A stretch of 64,000 nucleotides of DNA from Candidatus Poribacteria bacterium (GTDB taxonomy: Bacteria > Poribacteria > WGA-4E > WGA-3G). Under the pieces are notes generated by a model that was given only the letters and a program-made list of their open reading frames with translations, was not told where the DNA came from and ran no database searches. Shown here piece after piece: positions 1 through 9,786 of this stretch. The first letter of the stretch is position 1. The number at the start of each line of letters is the position of its first letter. The stretch covers positions 2,880,001 through 2,944,000 of the forward strand of contig CAXXLX010000001.1 of assembly GCA_963665235.2 (NCBI GenBank). Direction: 5' to 3'. A program made the position numbers and the translations under genes.

Positions 1-686
1 TTCTCTATAACGTTCACGACCTCCAGTGTGAGCGTAACCGTATAACGTCCCGGTGTTTGCAGAACGGAGGAGACATCAACCTCACCTATAATCGGGACCG
101 GCGCGCCTGGTTGCACCTCACCGATGGAACGGTCCTGGATGAGCGGTGTACCGTTAATAGCAATAGTCAGAAAAGCGCCTGTACGTGCAGCCTCTTGCAG
201 AATTTCATATCGCAATACCGGTTTCTCACGAAATAACGCAGTCACGTTTAACTGATAGGTCAAAGTTTGCCTGAAGGTGTTGCCTTGCCAATAGCGGTTC
301 GGTCTTGAAACAATAGCGTGCCCAATAATCACCTCTATCCGAATGTCTTTTCGTGCTGTTGCGGTGCCATCCGTGACTTCAAGTGTAATCGTATAGGTCC
401 CCGCGGTTTCGGGTGCAGCATAAATAACGTTGCGTCCATCACCAACGATTTTTCCGCCTGTCGTTCGCCACGTGTAGCCGAGTGCGTTTGTATTTCCGGA
501 GTAATTCACCGTTGCCGTCACATTTGTGGTATCTCCGATATTGAGCGTTTGCGAGTCGGCACTTAGGGTCGTAACCTCAAGTATTTCGTCATCTAAGCCG
601 AGAAGGTTTTCCGTATCGCAACCTGCTATCAGGCCTATTGTGAAGAGTAGGCAGAGTATATAAAATTGGAATTTCTTAACTTTCAT
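1..686 (-). CDS. Lipoprotein with PKD/Ig-like domain (3' end runs off the window)
   Basis: Hand translation from ATG at 686: MKVKKFQFYILCLLFTIGLIAGC-DTENLL (lipobox IAGC); Thr-rich beta-strand segment APETAGTYTITLEVTDG typical of PKD/Ig-like domains; frame open to position 1. Confidence 0.75.
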   Translation of the reverse strand, partial: MKVKKFQFYILCLLFTIGLIAGCDTENLLGLDDEILEVTTLSADSQTLNIGDTTNVTATVNYSGNTNALGYTWRTTGGKIVGDGRNVIYAAPETAGTYTITLEVTDGTATARKDIRIEVIIGHAIVSRPNRYWQGNTFRQTLTYQLNVTALFREKPVLRYEILQEAARTGAFLTIAINGTPLIQDRSIGEVQPGAPVPIIGEVDVSSVLQTPGRYTVTLTLEVVNVIE

Positions 687-716
687 CAAAATCTTCGGAT
701 TGGAAACCCCCAGCAT

Positions 717-1745
717 TTATGCGGGGGAGGAAAATCCGCCTTTATAGTTGAAGTTCAAGCGTGTTAGCACTTGAAAATCCGTGCGTTTTGCCCCCGTTGT
801 TAATCGGTGTCCATCTTTTGAATAGACAGAGAATAGTCCTTTAGCATTAACACCCGCAAGGCGTGTTAATCCGTATTTGTTGTGCTTTATTAATGTGTTT
901 TTAACAAGTCCATCGCCTAATAAGGTGCCACCATATCGCGGGCGATTGCCACCTTTCTGCGGATTTTGTCTGTGGAGTTGTCGCCTGCGTATCGGTATCG
1001 GTGAGATACAGAATATATCGGTATTGTCGGGTATCTCTAAACCGCCCACGGTGTGATATGCCAAGCACCAACTATCAACGCAATGTGCCTCAAAGGTTTC
1101 AGCTAACTTCTTTGACGACTTGTTGAGACCCAGACGCTCGCGTATCTCTTTGGTTTCAAACCCTTGTATCGTCAGGAGTTCCCATCGCTTTTCTACCTCT
1201 GAATAGAACCAATGCTTGCCCACTTCCAAAGGACTGAAGGCCTGATTCCACTGCTTTTGATACTGTTTTGTCCGCGCCTTAATATCCTCAACACAGACGT
1301 GTGTAACAGGATAGAGTTTAGACAACCAATCTAATATGCGAAGTTTCCAATCCCATCTTGCACGTGTGCCTGCAGGGATACGCTTCCGGTTCGACAGGTT
1401 GTGCTGCTTCTTTTTTCGATTCGGGCATTTCCGTGTGCGTCTGCTTCTCCGCAACGTCCGACGCTTCTCGATTTTCTTTCCAACCTTGTTGTGAGCGTCT
1501 GCTTGCACATTTAGGTAGGTATGTGCCTCGCTCTTGACGGTAAAGCCTTCCTTCTTACTGCCGGGGTCTACGCCTACGCATATCTGTTGGAAGTATCTAT
1601 CCGAAGGGTCGGCGTTAAGGCGCACACAAAAAACGCCATTCTTCCAAAACGGTGTGGCTTTCTTGTCTCGTATCCACTTCCTTGCCCGCGAAGGCTTTGT
1701 CGGCATCAGTGGATTTTGGTTTTTGTCAACGACAGGAACAAACAT
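717..1745 (-). CDS. isrB: IsrB-like RNA-guided nickase (RRXRR family, PLMP plus split RuvC, no HNH), ~342 aa
   Basis: Start MFVPVVDKNQNPLMP; RuvC-I VGVDPG, Arg-rich bridge helix RRTLRRSRR, RuvC-II CVEDIK, RuvC-III AHCVDS; no HNH or CxxC insertion. Confidence 0.8.
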   Translation of the reverse strand: MFVPVVDKNQNPLMPTKPSRARKWIRDKKATPFWKNGVFCVRLNADPSDRYFQQICVGVDPGSKKEGFTVKSEAHTYLNVQADAHNKVGKKIEKRRTLRRSRRTRKCPNRKKKQHNLSNRKRIPAGTRARWDWKLRILDWLSKLYPVTHVCVEDIKARTKQYQKQWNQAFSPLEVGKHWFYSEVEKRWELLTIQGFETKEIRERLGLNKSSKKLAETFEAHCVDSWCLAYHTVGGLEIPDNTDIFCISPIPIRRRQLHRQNPQKGGNRPRYGGTLLGDGLVKNTLIKHNKYGLTRLAGVNAKGLFSVYSKDGHRLTTGAKRTDFQVLTRLNFNYKGGFSSPA

Positions 1746-1950
1746 AGTTTGTAATTCTCCGTAGAGTTTGTATTTCCCCATCCAGATCGGTATATCAGCG
1801 TTTACATCGGACTTGGGGAGCATCCGAAACACCTTTGTGCACCACCACAGATATACCGATATATTACTGTAGTGAAGAACTTAATCTTTGACAGGGAACG
1901 TGTGGTTACGCTATGTCAAAGCACCCATGCTTTAGCAGGGTGATCTTTAC
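1746..1950 (-). ncRNA. Putative omega-RNA scaffold of the IsrB element
   Basis: ~200 nt non-coding leader with paired segments 1786-1796/1850-1860 (ATCGGTATATC), 1886-1893/1914-1921 (CTTTGACA), a 5' hairpin, and a GGATGCTCCCCAAGTCC motif resembling IscB/IsrB leaders. Confidence 0.65.
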
Positions 1951-1954
1951 TTTT

Positions 1955-2147
1955 TTATACCATAACTTGAAAAAAGCGGTTAACTTTTTTCTAAATGGAA
2001 ACTGTTAGCAATAGGAAGAGGTCTCTGACGCGCACCAAACCGCGGACTATAATCACAACATCTTGCTAATTGCTAATTGCTAATTGCTAATTGCCAATTT
2101 ATATTATACCATAATTTGAAAAAAGCGGTTAACTCTTTTCTAAATGA
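1955..2147 (-). promoter_or_regulatory. Tandemly duplicated sigma70-like promoter (two ~43 bp direct repeats) around a (TTGCTAA)4 microsatellite
   Basis: 1955-1997 and 2105-2147 are near-identical; on the minus strand they read TTAACC-N18-TATAAT (extended TG) and TTAACC-N18-TATAAA. Confidence 0.5.
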
Positions 2148-2926
2148 CCCTGTCCCCGAAATCGCAGAAATAGCAGAATGAAAACAATTGAGTTCACTAA
2201 CAGCATCGTTGAAATAACGTTAAGCACCGGCGTGATACCGAATTTAAGGAGCGAATAGATATGCACCGACAAGGTTGTATACCCAACGCCAGCAGTAAAA
2301 AAGGTAATGACAAAATCATCTATTGAGAGCGTGAAAGCGAGTAATGCCCCGCCAATAATTCCCGGCGCGATGAGTGGTAACGTTATCCGCCAAAACGTCT
2401 GCCACTCCGTAGCACCGAGGTCCAGGGCTGCCTCCTCTATTGTGTTATCGTACCCTTGTAAGCGTGCCCGCACGACGATAGTGACATAAGCGATATTGAA
2501 AACGACGTGGGCAATGATGACTGATGCCAAGCCTAACGGAATGCGGAGCTGCGCGTAAAATGTCAATAACGCAATCGCTAACACGATGTCCGGAATGATA
2601 ATCGGAAGATAAAGCGCGCGGACTAAAACGGTGCGAAACCGAAACCGATATTTTTCTATAGCAAGCGCAGCAGCGGTTCCGATGATAGTTGCAATCAACG
2701 TCGCAAGTCCCGCCACCATCAAACTATTTTTACAAGCACGCCATACATCTTCGTTTTCAAACAACTTCGGATACCACTTGAACGTGAACCCCTCCCAAAC
2801 CGAAATCTGTTCACCGCTATTGAAGGAGAACACGACAACCGCTAAAATTGGCACGTAGAGGAAGAGAAAAACGATGAGTATATTAATTTCAAGAAGCCTT
2901 TTCACTTTCACTCCCTGCCAAAGCAC
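2129..2926 (-). CDS. potC: Spermidine/putrescine ABC transporter permease PotC (true start probably ~2902)
   Basis: FLYVPI, FSFN, EEAALDLGA (EAA motif), FTLSIDDF. Confidence 0.9.
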   Translation of the reverse strand: MLWQGVKVKRLLEINILIVFLFLYVPILAVVVFSFNSGEQISVWEGFTFKWYPKLFENEDVWRACKNSLMVAGLATLIATIIGTAAALAIEKYRFRFRTVLVRALYLPIIIPDIVLAIALLTFYAQLRIPLGLASVIIAHVVFNIAYVTIVVRARLQGYDNTIEEAALDLGATEWQTFWRITLPLIAPGIIGGALLAFTLSIDDFVITFFTAGVGYTTLSVHIYSLLKFGITPVLNVISTMLLVNSIVFILLFLRFRGQGHLEKS

Positions 2927-3740
2927 GAAAATATAGCACTGTGCCTACGAGCACAATCCCCATCAGCATGAGGGACAGGGCCGAACCGAACGGTGCATCG
3001 CGTGCAGTTTTGAATTGCCGTTCAATTACGTTCCCTATATAACTCACTTTACCGCCACCGAGTAAATCTGGCGTTAAAAATGCACCGACTGTGGGGATAA
3101 AAACTAACATGGAACCTGCCAAGATGCCGGGGAGGCTGAGCGGGACGGTTACGTGCCAAAAAGCGCGCCGCGACGATGCCCCTAAGTCTTTCGCTGCTTC
3201 TATCAGGGACAGGTCCAATTGCTCCAATGCCGCGTAGAGGGGTAGAATCATAAAGGGTAGGTATCCGTAAACTAAGCCTATCTGCACAGCGAACTGTGTA
3301 TTCAACAGCTCCAGCGGTTGAAAATGTGGAATAAGCAGAGCTAGGAAACTGTTCAGAAGTCCTTCTGTGCGGAGAATCAATATCCATGCATAGGTGCGAA
3401 TCAGAAAGTTTGTCCAAAATGGGATGACTACCAGCAGCAATAACAGATTTCGCCACTTCGGGCGGTAGCGCGCCAAATAGTAGGCAAACGGATAACCGAT
3501 AAGCAGACATATCGCCGTGCAAATGAACGCGCTCCATATCGAACGCCACAATATACCTATATAGAGCCCATCGAACAAGCGTTGATAGTTTTGTAGTGTG
3601 AAGTGCCACCGAACCCCACCATAAGTGCCGCGCTCCAGAAAACTATAGATGAGTATGGATATAAGCGGCAGCAGGAAAAAACAGATAAGCCAAAAGATAA
3701 TCGGAAAAAGCAGGATGAGGAGACGGTAATTACGACGCAT
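2889..3740 (-). CDS. potB: Spermidine/putrescine ABC transporter permease PotB
   Basis: PFWTNFLIRTYAW, YLPFMILPLY, EAAKDLGA, PDLLGG. Confidence 0.9.
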   Translation of the reverse strand: MRRNYRLLILLFPIIFWLICFFLLPLISILIYSFLERGTYGGVRWHFTLQNYQRLFDGLYIGILWRSIWSAFICTAICLLIGYPFAYYLARYRPKWRNLLLLLVVIPFWTNFLIRTYAWILILRTEGLLNSFLALLIPHFQPLELLNTQFAVQIGLVYGYLPFMILPLYAALEQLDLSLIEAAKDLGASSRRAFWHVTVPLSLPGILAGSMLVFIPTVGAFLTPDLLGGGKVSYIGNVIERQFKTARDAPFGSALSLMLMGIVLVGTVLYFRALAGSESEKAS

Positions 3741-6729
3741 TTTCCTCTATATGTTGGCGGATGTTGTTCTGTATATTCCACGGGTCGGTGGTTTCGAAAA
3801 ATGTCCACTCTCCAAACTCACGATATGCATTTACGGCTGGAAGCCACATATTTTGGACAGTGTTCACTTTCTGAACCTTATCTTCACGTTGCAACCCAGA
3901 GGTTTCAAGTATTAGGTTGACAGTGTCATCGCTAGAGCTGTCCCCCTGTTTCCGAATGCGAACGATGAAATCCGGAACATATTGCCGGCTTGCTCCGTTG
4001 TGCTCGATGTATGGAATTGTAAAACCCAAATGGTGATTTTTGACGTACGCCTCCACCTCCGGCATCTGCTCTAAGGCTTGCGCGGTTTTCTGTTCCCAAG
4101 AATCTGTATCCGCAACCACATGTGAGATATGACATTTATCTGGGCGCGTCTCCCACGTCGGTTGCGTTGTTTCAAACTCGACATCATCGGTTGAGCCGGT
4201 CCGTTTTTTGTCACGGAAAATGGGGAGGAACGTCTTTGGTAAAGACCCATCTTCAGAATCGCTACTTCGGGCTTGCTCTTCTGCCCTGATAATGGCGTGA
4301 TGAATCCGAGATGCTGCCTTACGCGCAACCTCACCGATATGAAAACAGTGCGGATACATGTTGTCTTTGTAGGTAACACATTCCTTCATCCAGCGGCGTG
4401 TGATATGCAGAACTTGTGGGAAAAGCCACCACTTTGCATCGTCATCATCGTCGAGAAGATGATTCTTCATTACCTCATTGGCGAGATAGTATTCGGTTTG
4501 CTGAGCTCGAAATCGTGTCAGATAGGGTAATTCAACCTCCTGGGTTCCGCCGGTTATGCTCTCAATCTCTATAAGGGACGGGAGCTCCGCAGTAGAGAGT
4601 TCATAGCGGGATGCCTCAGTAAAAATCGCATCGAGCTTATCAGGAGACGACTGCCGGCGATACCCAGCAACGAGCGGAAACGTAATTTCACACGTTGCCT
4701 TCCGTTCTGGAACTGCCTTCACTTCTGTCACAGGCAGGAGAGGGGTCACCCTGCCGCTACCGGTTGCAGGGATAAAGGAGAACGGAACGCCATAGACTTC
4801 AGCATATTCGGGGGGAAACGTCTCCAACGTGAGCTGTTCCCCGTTGATATCAATTGTTGTCTGTTCCACAGCGTGACTGGAGCGGCGCAGCCCTCTGCCG
4901 ACAACCTGTTCGCAGAGCAGCTGCGTGCTAAATGCCCGCACCCCAAGGATATGTGTCACCCGCTTGGCATCCCAGCCTTCACTCAACATTGACACCGAAA
5001 TCACACATTTAATATTTTCACCCAATTTTCCGCGTTTACCGACGGTGTTCATGACTTCCCGCAACAGCTCCGCATCTGTGACCTTCTCCACGTTCATCTT
5101 CTGTTTGAACTGTTCAATTTGGGTTCGGGCAGCTTTTTTAAACTCACCCTTCAATGCCTCCCCTGATTCTAACTGTTTGCTATCGATGAGCAGTGTGTTC
5201 AGCTGGTCGCGCCATGCACCGTTGTCCTCGTTATTAAATATTGGAAGGTTTCCTTTAGCAACTATAGTCTCGCCATCAGTCGTCTTTTTCTCCCACCCGG
5301 CAATCCAGTCGTAAACGAGTTTGGAAACCTTTGTGTTGTTACAAACAACGATCATCACGGGGGGAGTCAACCCGTGTGGCTCCTTGTGCCACAAGTCGTA
5401 CGTCTCTTCGTAATTGGCATAAAGAGCGTGGAGCGCGGTTTCTAATTCTGAGGGCAACTGCGGTTCACCCCCAGAAACTATTTTACTGAGCTTCGGACGG
5501 ATAGTATCCCAAAGCCGACGATAAATCGGATCGCCTCTCATGGTATCGTCAGCGACTGGCACGCGCGGCACTTTCGCAATACCACACTCTATTGCATCGA
5601 TTAACGCAAAATCGGAGACGACCCATGGAAATAGCACCCCCTCACTGAGCTTCTTACCGCTCGGTGTCGTTGTTGAATACCCCGACCCTTTTAGAAAAAA
5701 CGGCGTGGCAGATAAATCGTAAACCTGTTTTATGCCGAGCTTCGCTTTCACGGCTTCAAGTCCGTTTATCCACAACCGCGTTTCGTCCGCTGTAGCTCCT
5801 GTTTTCTCACGTTTTTTGGGACGATAGCAGTGATGCGCTTCATCGTTCAACACAATGATATTTTTCTTTTTTCCGAGTCCGCGGCAAACGCGAACCACCA
5901 TCTCATCGGGTGTTTCTGTGAAATTTTTTGCCGCCTCCTCCCCCAAAACTTGTGTGCCTATTTTGCTTAACTTCTCCTTCTTTCGGCACTGAAACGCATG
6001 ATAGTTCGTGATAACGATTTTCGCTTGACAGAGGGCATCATAGTCATCACTCGGAATCAGCTTCATATTCTTATAGTCATTCTCAGGGTTCTCTGGGTAC
6101 AACACCTGCAGCCGGTCGCGAATTGTTATACCGGGCGTGACGATTAGAAACGCATCTACAAAAAGCGTGCTCCGAGGATTCGCAATTTTATTCAACGTAT
6201 GATACACAATCAGCATCGCCATGACGACCGTTTTACCGCTACCGGTCGCCATCTTAAAGGCTGTGCGGAAGAGCTCTGGATTTGCCTCCGAATTCGCATT
6301 GACAAGCTCTCTGTAAAATGAATCGTTCCGTTGTTTGTTGTCACATTCGTTGAGATAGATGGCTGCCTCTACAGCTTCACGTTGACAGAAATAGAGACGC
6401 GGCTCGTTTTTTGGATTGTTCCAATGCTCTAAAAGTCGTCTGGTTGTGGGGGTTACGCCCGGATAACCGCTGTTCCGCCATGCGGTCACTTGTGTACGGA
6501 CACTATTGATGAACGCATTCGCCTCCCGGAGATCTTGGTCTGGCATTTCAAATCCTATCTGTGATGCCCCAGGCTGCTTTTTCGGTTTCGGAAACGGCAT
6601 GAAGTATTCACTTCTACGTCTCCCCTCAGCGAGCTCTTCGGTGATACCGCGCGCGTTGAATTTGAAGTGACGTTTCGGCTCCTCAAACGGACTGTTGATA
6701 ACGGGGTTGTCTATGCTAACTTTTGACAT
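3730..6729 (-). CDS. res: Type III restriction enzyme Res subunit (SF2 ATPase plus C-terminal PD-(D/E)XK nuclease)
   Basis: KMATGSGKT (Walker A), DEAHH, SATP, EGWD, QVVGRGLRR, YVPDF..LILET; linked to a DNA methyltransferase. Confidence 0.9.
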   Translation of the reverse strand: MSKVSIDNPVINSPFEEPKRHFKFNARGITEELAEGRRRSEYFMPFPKPKKQPGASQIGFEMPDQDLREANAFINSVRTQVTAWRNSGYPGVTPTTRRLLEHWNNPKNEPRLYFCQREAVEAAIYLNECDNKQRNDSFYRELVNANSEANPELFRTAFKMATGSGKTVVMAMLIVYHTLNKIANPRSTLFVDAFLIVTPGITIRDRLQVLYPENPENDYKNMKLIPSDDYDALCQAKIVITNYHAFQCRKKEKLSKIGTQVLGEEAAKNFTETPDEMVVRVCRGLGKKKNIIVLNDEAHHCYRPKKREKTGATADETRLWINGLEAVKAKLGIKQVYDLSATPFFLKGSGYSTTTPSGKKLSEGVLFPWVVSDFALIDAIECGIAKVPRVPVADDTMRGDPIYRRLWDTIRPKLSKIVSGGEPQLPSELETALHALYANYEETYDLWHKEPHGLTPPVMIVVCNNTKVSKLVYDWIAGWEKKTTDGETIVAKGNLPIFNNEDNGAWRDQLNTLLIDSKQLESGEALKGEFKKAARTQIEQFKQKMNVEKVTDAELLREVMNTVGKRGKLGENIKCVISVSMLSEGWDAKRVTHILGVRAFSTQLLCEQVVGRGLRRSSHAVEQTTIDINGEQLTLETFPPEYAEVYGVPFSFIPATGSGRVTPLLPVTEVKAVPERKATCEITFPLVAGYRRQSSPDKLDAIFTEASRYELSTAELPSLIEIESITGGTQEVELPYLTRFRAQQTEYYLANEVMKNHLLDDDDDAKWWLFPQVLHITRRWMKECVTYKDNMYPHCFHIGEVARKAASRIHHAIIRAEEQARSSDSEDGSLPKTFLPIFRDKKRTGSTDDVEFETTQPTWETRPDKCHISHVVADTDSWEQKTAQALEQMPEVEAYVKNHHLGFTIPYIEHNGASRQYVPDFIVRIRKQGDSSSDDTVNLILETSGLQREDKVQKVNTVQNMWLPAVNAYREFGEWTFFETTDPWNIQNNIRQHIEENAS

Positions 6730-7896
6730 TATTTATCCTCCATCTTCATCACCTTTTGCACGTTCTTAATCGCTTTGTAGATGAGCCGCTTATCCTGATC
6801 GAGTCGGTTTGCTAATTTTATGGAACACTGTTGCTGCGTCGGTGTTACCGTCAAACCCATGCATCACCATGAATTCCCAGATTTTCTTTCGAGTATCCGC
6901 CTCATTTTTGGCGATGCTAAACCTATGTTCAATCTGTCCGATTGCAGGAGTGATTTGATGCATTGCGTAATCTTCGTTTAGTATTGCAATAATGTCCTCA
7001 AGTTCGGGATTCTCATAGTTCTCAAAGGCTTTCAGGATAGTAGCCCAAATCACCGGATCACTCACCGGGGTCTGCTTCTGTGTCCAATGCACCTGCTCAA
7101 TTTGGTGAGGTTTACACTTATACGGCCGGATTTCGTGAGTGTCTTTTATTTTGACATACCAGATGCTGCCTTCCTCGCCTTTAAACATGGGAGCTTGATT
7201 TTCATCCAGGCCGATGAACGTCAATTGCCTGTCTAGCTCTTTCTGTTCCTGTTCATAATGCCACACATAGTCTTTTTCAACGGTGCCGAGTTGTTCTGCT
7301 TTTGGGATGTCGCCTGCCTCAAGTTCGGTATTCAGCACGATTTGCCCATCCCCTTCGCGCAGCCCGAACAACAAAACGATGTCCAACTTGACATCCTCAT
7401 ATTGGAGCATGTGTGGGTTATCTGACCCATAAAGCTCAAAACTGAAACCTGCGATATCCGGATTCATTCTGAACAATTTGGTAATCTGCGGGTATTTACG
7501 GAGGATATGCTGCCACATTGTTAGGTATCGACCCCGCAAAAACGGAAACAGACGTACTTTAAACGTGATATATTCCATACCCTCGTTTTTATAGCGGTAC
7601 ATAAAGATGTTCGTACCGTCGTATTTACGGAAGCGATAAATCCGTTCCGCGCTCGGAAACCGGTAATTATGCCCTAATCCGAAGGGGTAAGCAATTTTCG
7701 GCGTGCCAAAAATTGGCGGATGGTCAACAACCTCACCATTAATCTTTTTTATCTGCAACGAACCGTAGTGTTTATCTTTGCTGACAATGAGCTGCCCCTC
7801 AAGGTGGTTTTTGGGGTTAAAGGGGTCTGTCGCGCGAAATTCAGAGTAGTCTGAATTGGAAGGTTGCTGTCCTTTGTTTATTTTCTGTTGCTCCAT
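6729..7896 (-). CDS. Putative ATP-dependent RNA ligase (covalent nucleotidyltransferase superfamily); 1-nt frameshift near the 3' end
   Basis: Motif I RKYDGTN, motif III FELYG, IIIa VLLFG, IV EEGSIW, V YKCK. The tracked ORF stops at 6790; removing one A near 6808-6810 gives a tail RLDQDKRLIYKAIKNVQKVMKMEDK ending in a TAATG overlap with res. Confidence 0.6.
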
Positions 7897-7961
7897 TGTT
7901 CTTCTCCAAGGGGCCTAGCGAATTGTCCATTCTAAACTTAGTGCCTATTCGTAGTAGCACA

Positions 7962-8471
7962 CTACGCCTCATTCTCAAGTGGGCAGAGAAAGTCAATCTG
8001 CACGCCTTCTTGTTCAAATGCTTCTCGAAACGGTTCCCATTTTCTATCTAATGCCTGCAAGATAGTCGCTTTTTGGAGAAAGTCACGCTCATAAGCGATA
8101 GCAGCCGCAATAAATTTTCTATCAGCTACGTCAAAATCGCTTAATGCTTCGGTAGTTGGAAACTCCTCAAAATCTGTGTCACTACCACCCAGCGGGGTGA
8201 TGGTTACCATTGTGCAAATCGCCGGTCTCCGCATCAGATTCTGCAGCAACGTTTTTACAAAAAGATCGCCGATTCCTTTCCGAGTCTCTAAATTAACATA
8301 TCTCTTGTACTCGTTAAGAATTCGCCACCCATCATCAACAACGGACGTTTCTGGCTGTTCGAGAATCTGTTTAATTCGTTTTTGACACTGTTCCACACAG
8401 TTGGGTGAGGCATGCTCTGCCTGATCATTTGCAGTTATGATAACATTCGTATCTACGATAACAGCGTTCAT
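7962..8471 (-). CDS. PIN-domain ribonuclease-like protein
   Basis: N-terminal VIVDTNV, ILNEY, DVADRKFIAAA and a late DRKW give the PIN acidic residue pattern; TAATG-coupled to the upstream ATPase. Confidence 0.7.
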   Translation of the reverse strand: MNAVIVDTNVIITANDQAEHASPNCVEQCQKRIKQILEQPETSVVDDGWRILNEYKRYVNLETRKGIGDLFVKTLLQNLMRRPAICTMVTITPLGGSDTDFEEFPTTEALSDFDVADRKFIAAAIAYERDFLQKATILQALDRKWEPFREAFEQEGVQIDFLCPLENEA

Positions 8472-9769
8472 TACTCCTCCGCTCTCTTTTGACGTTCTCT
8501 TTGTGCTTCTGTCATGGCAAATAGGTCTCCTATCTCGTCACCAAAAAAGTTTGGTGGCCAATTCCCGATGTTACCGAATTCATCCATCTCCAACTTATCA
8601 ATTTTGGAAACCCCTTCTTCATTACGACAAAAATAGAGGGCAGTCTGATCGGCAGCAATCTCTTCCTCCGCGACGCGCCGCTGTAACCGATTTAGTAGGT
8701 GTTCACTGTGGCTCTCTATCAAAACCTGAAGATTCCTTTCTGTGATAACCTCTATCAGCAGATCCGCGATGGCAGCTTGTGCTCCGGGATGAAGATGAGT
8801 CCCAGGTTCCTCAAGGATCAACGTGGATCCAATCGGGACATAATAACTCATAACCAGAATGGGGAGAAATTGTGAAACCCCATAACCTATGTCTGCCAAT
8901 GTCACTTTAATACTTTTCGGACTCCTTTGGATTCGGAATTCATAGTTTTTGTCGTCCCGTGGACCGGTCCTGGCAAATTCAAAGGTGTACGCCAATTCCA
9001 TTTTTTGTAACCAGGCTGAGATTCGCGACTCAATTGAGACATTTGCTCCTTTATAAGGGGTCATTCGCTGATCTATACGAGCAGAGAGAAGAGCATCAAT
9101 TGTCTGACCACCCCACTGTCCGGGAGTTTCGGGAAAATCACCCTCCCAATGATAGTAACGTTGCGGAGGAACACGAGTCGGGCCGAGGTAATAGACTTGA
9201 GAAAATAGATCTTCAAAGGTAGATGCATATTTATTTAAAACTTCTATACTTTTTGAAGATGCGGGCCCGCATGCAGTTTTTCCATAGCACGTGTTCAGTT
9301 CTATTTTGCGTTGGTTTCTTTCTTCTTTATACGAAGATGGAAAAAATACAGAGCCTTGATCGTATATTATCTCGGGCTTCCTACGAGAACGATAACCGTA
9401 GCTGAGTCTGTCAACAATTGATTTTTGCCGTTCGGCTCGAATCATACTCTCAAAAGCAAAACTATTTACTCTCTCCTCCTGTGGAAAGTGGGTATGCTTA
9501 AATTCGCCCGCTAACTCAAGACCAAGAGGCGATTCCGATTTATGCCCGTGAATTACTTCTCGAAAATCACCAAGATTGATAAGCGAATTGTCATCACCGA
9601 AGAAGAGAATTTCATCTGTCCCAATAGTCTGCTTAAGCAACAGCAACATCTGCAACAGACTGCTCTTCCCAGAGCTATTGGTTCCGAAAAAGCCTGTCAA
9701 CGGCGCGAGTTTCACCTCACCGCTATCTTCCCACGATTTAAAGTTTTTCATTCGTATATGTGTAATCAT
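8471..9769 (-). CDS. ABC-type (AAA_15/AAA_21, DUF3696-like) ATPase
   Basis: NFKS, Walker A GTNSSGKS, signature DIGYGVSQ, Walker B LILEEPGTHLHP, H-loop IESHSE, C-terminal WPPNFF. Confidence 0.85.
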   Translation of the reverse strand: MITHIRMKNFKSWEDSGEVKLAPLTGFFGTNSSGKSSLLQMLLLLKQTIGTDEILFFGDDNSLINLGDFREVIHGHKSESPLGLELAGEFKHTHFPQEERVNSFAFESMIRAERQKSIVDRLSYGYRSRRKPEIIYDQGSVFFPSSYKEERNQRKIELNTCYGKTACGPASSKSIEVLNKYASTFEDLFSQVYYLGPTRVPPQRYYHWEGDFPETPGQWGGQTIDALLSARIDQRMTPYKGANVSIESRISAWLQKMELAYTFEFARTGPRDDKNYEFRIQRSPKSIKVTLADIGYGVSQFLPILVMSYYVPIGSTLILEEPGTHLHPGAQAAIADLLIEVITERNLQVLIESHSEHLLNRLQRRVAEEEIAADQTALYFCRNEEGVSKIDKLEMDEFGNIGNWPPNFFGDEIGDLFAMTEAQRERQKRAEE

Positions 9770-9786
9770 TTTTTTCCTCCGTGCAT

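Larger units (their letters stand above)
687..1950 (-). mobile_element. IS200/IS605-superfamily OMEGA element (IsrB plus omega-RNA), no tnpA
   Basis: Terminal hairpins CACCC-TGCTAAAGCA-TGGGTG (~1922-1942) and CCCCCGCATAAATGCTGGGGG (~707-727) flank a PLMP/RuvC ORF; boundaries are approximate. Confidence 0.75.

Noticed and set aside
717-1832. IscB, Cas9 or TnpB call, and the tracked start at 1832
   Set aside because: There is no HNH domain or TnpB zinc finger, and PLMP is N-terminal; the extension beyond 1745 is the structured RNA leader
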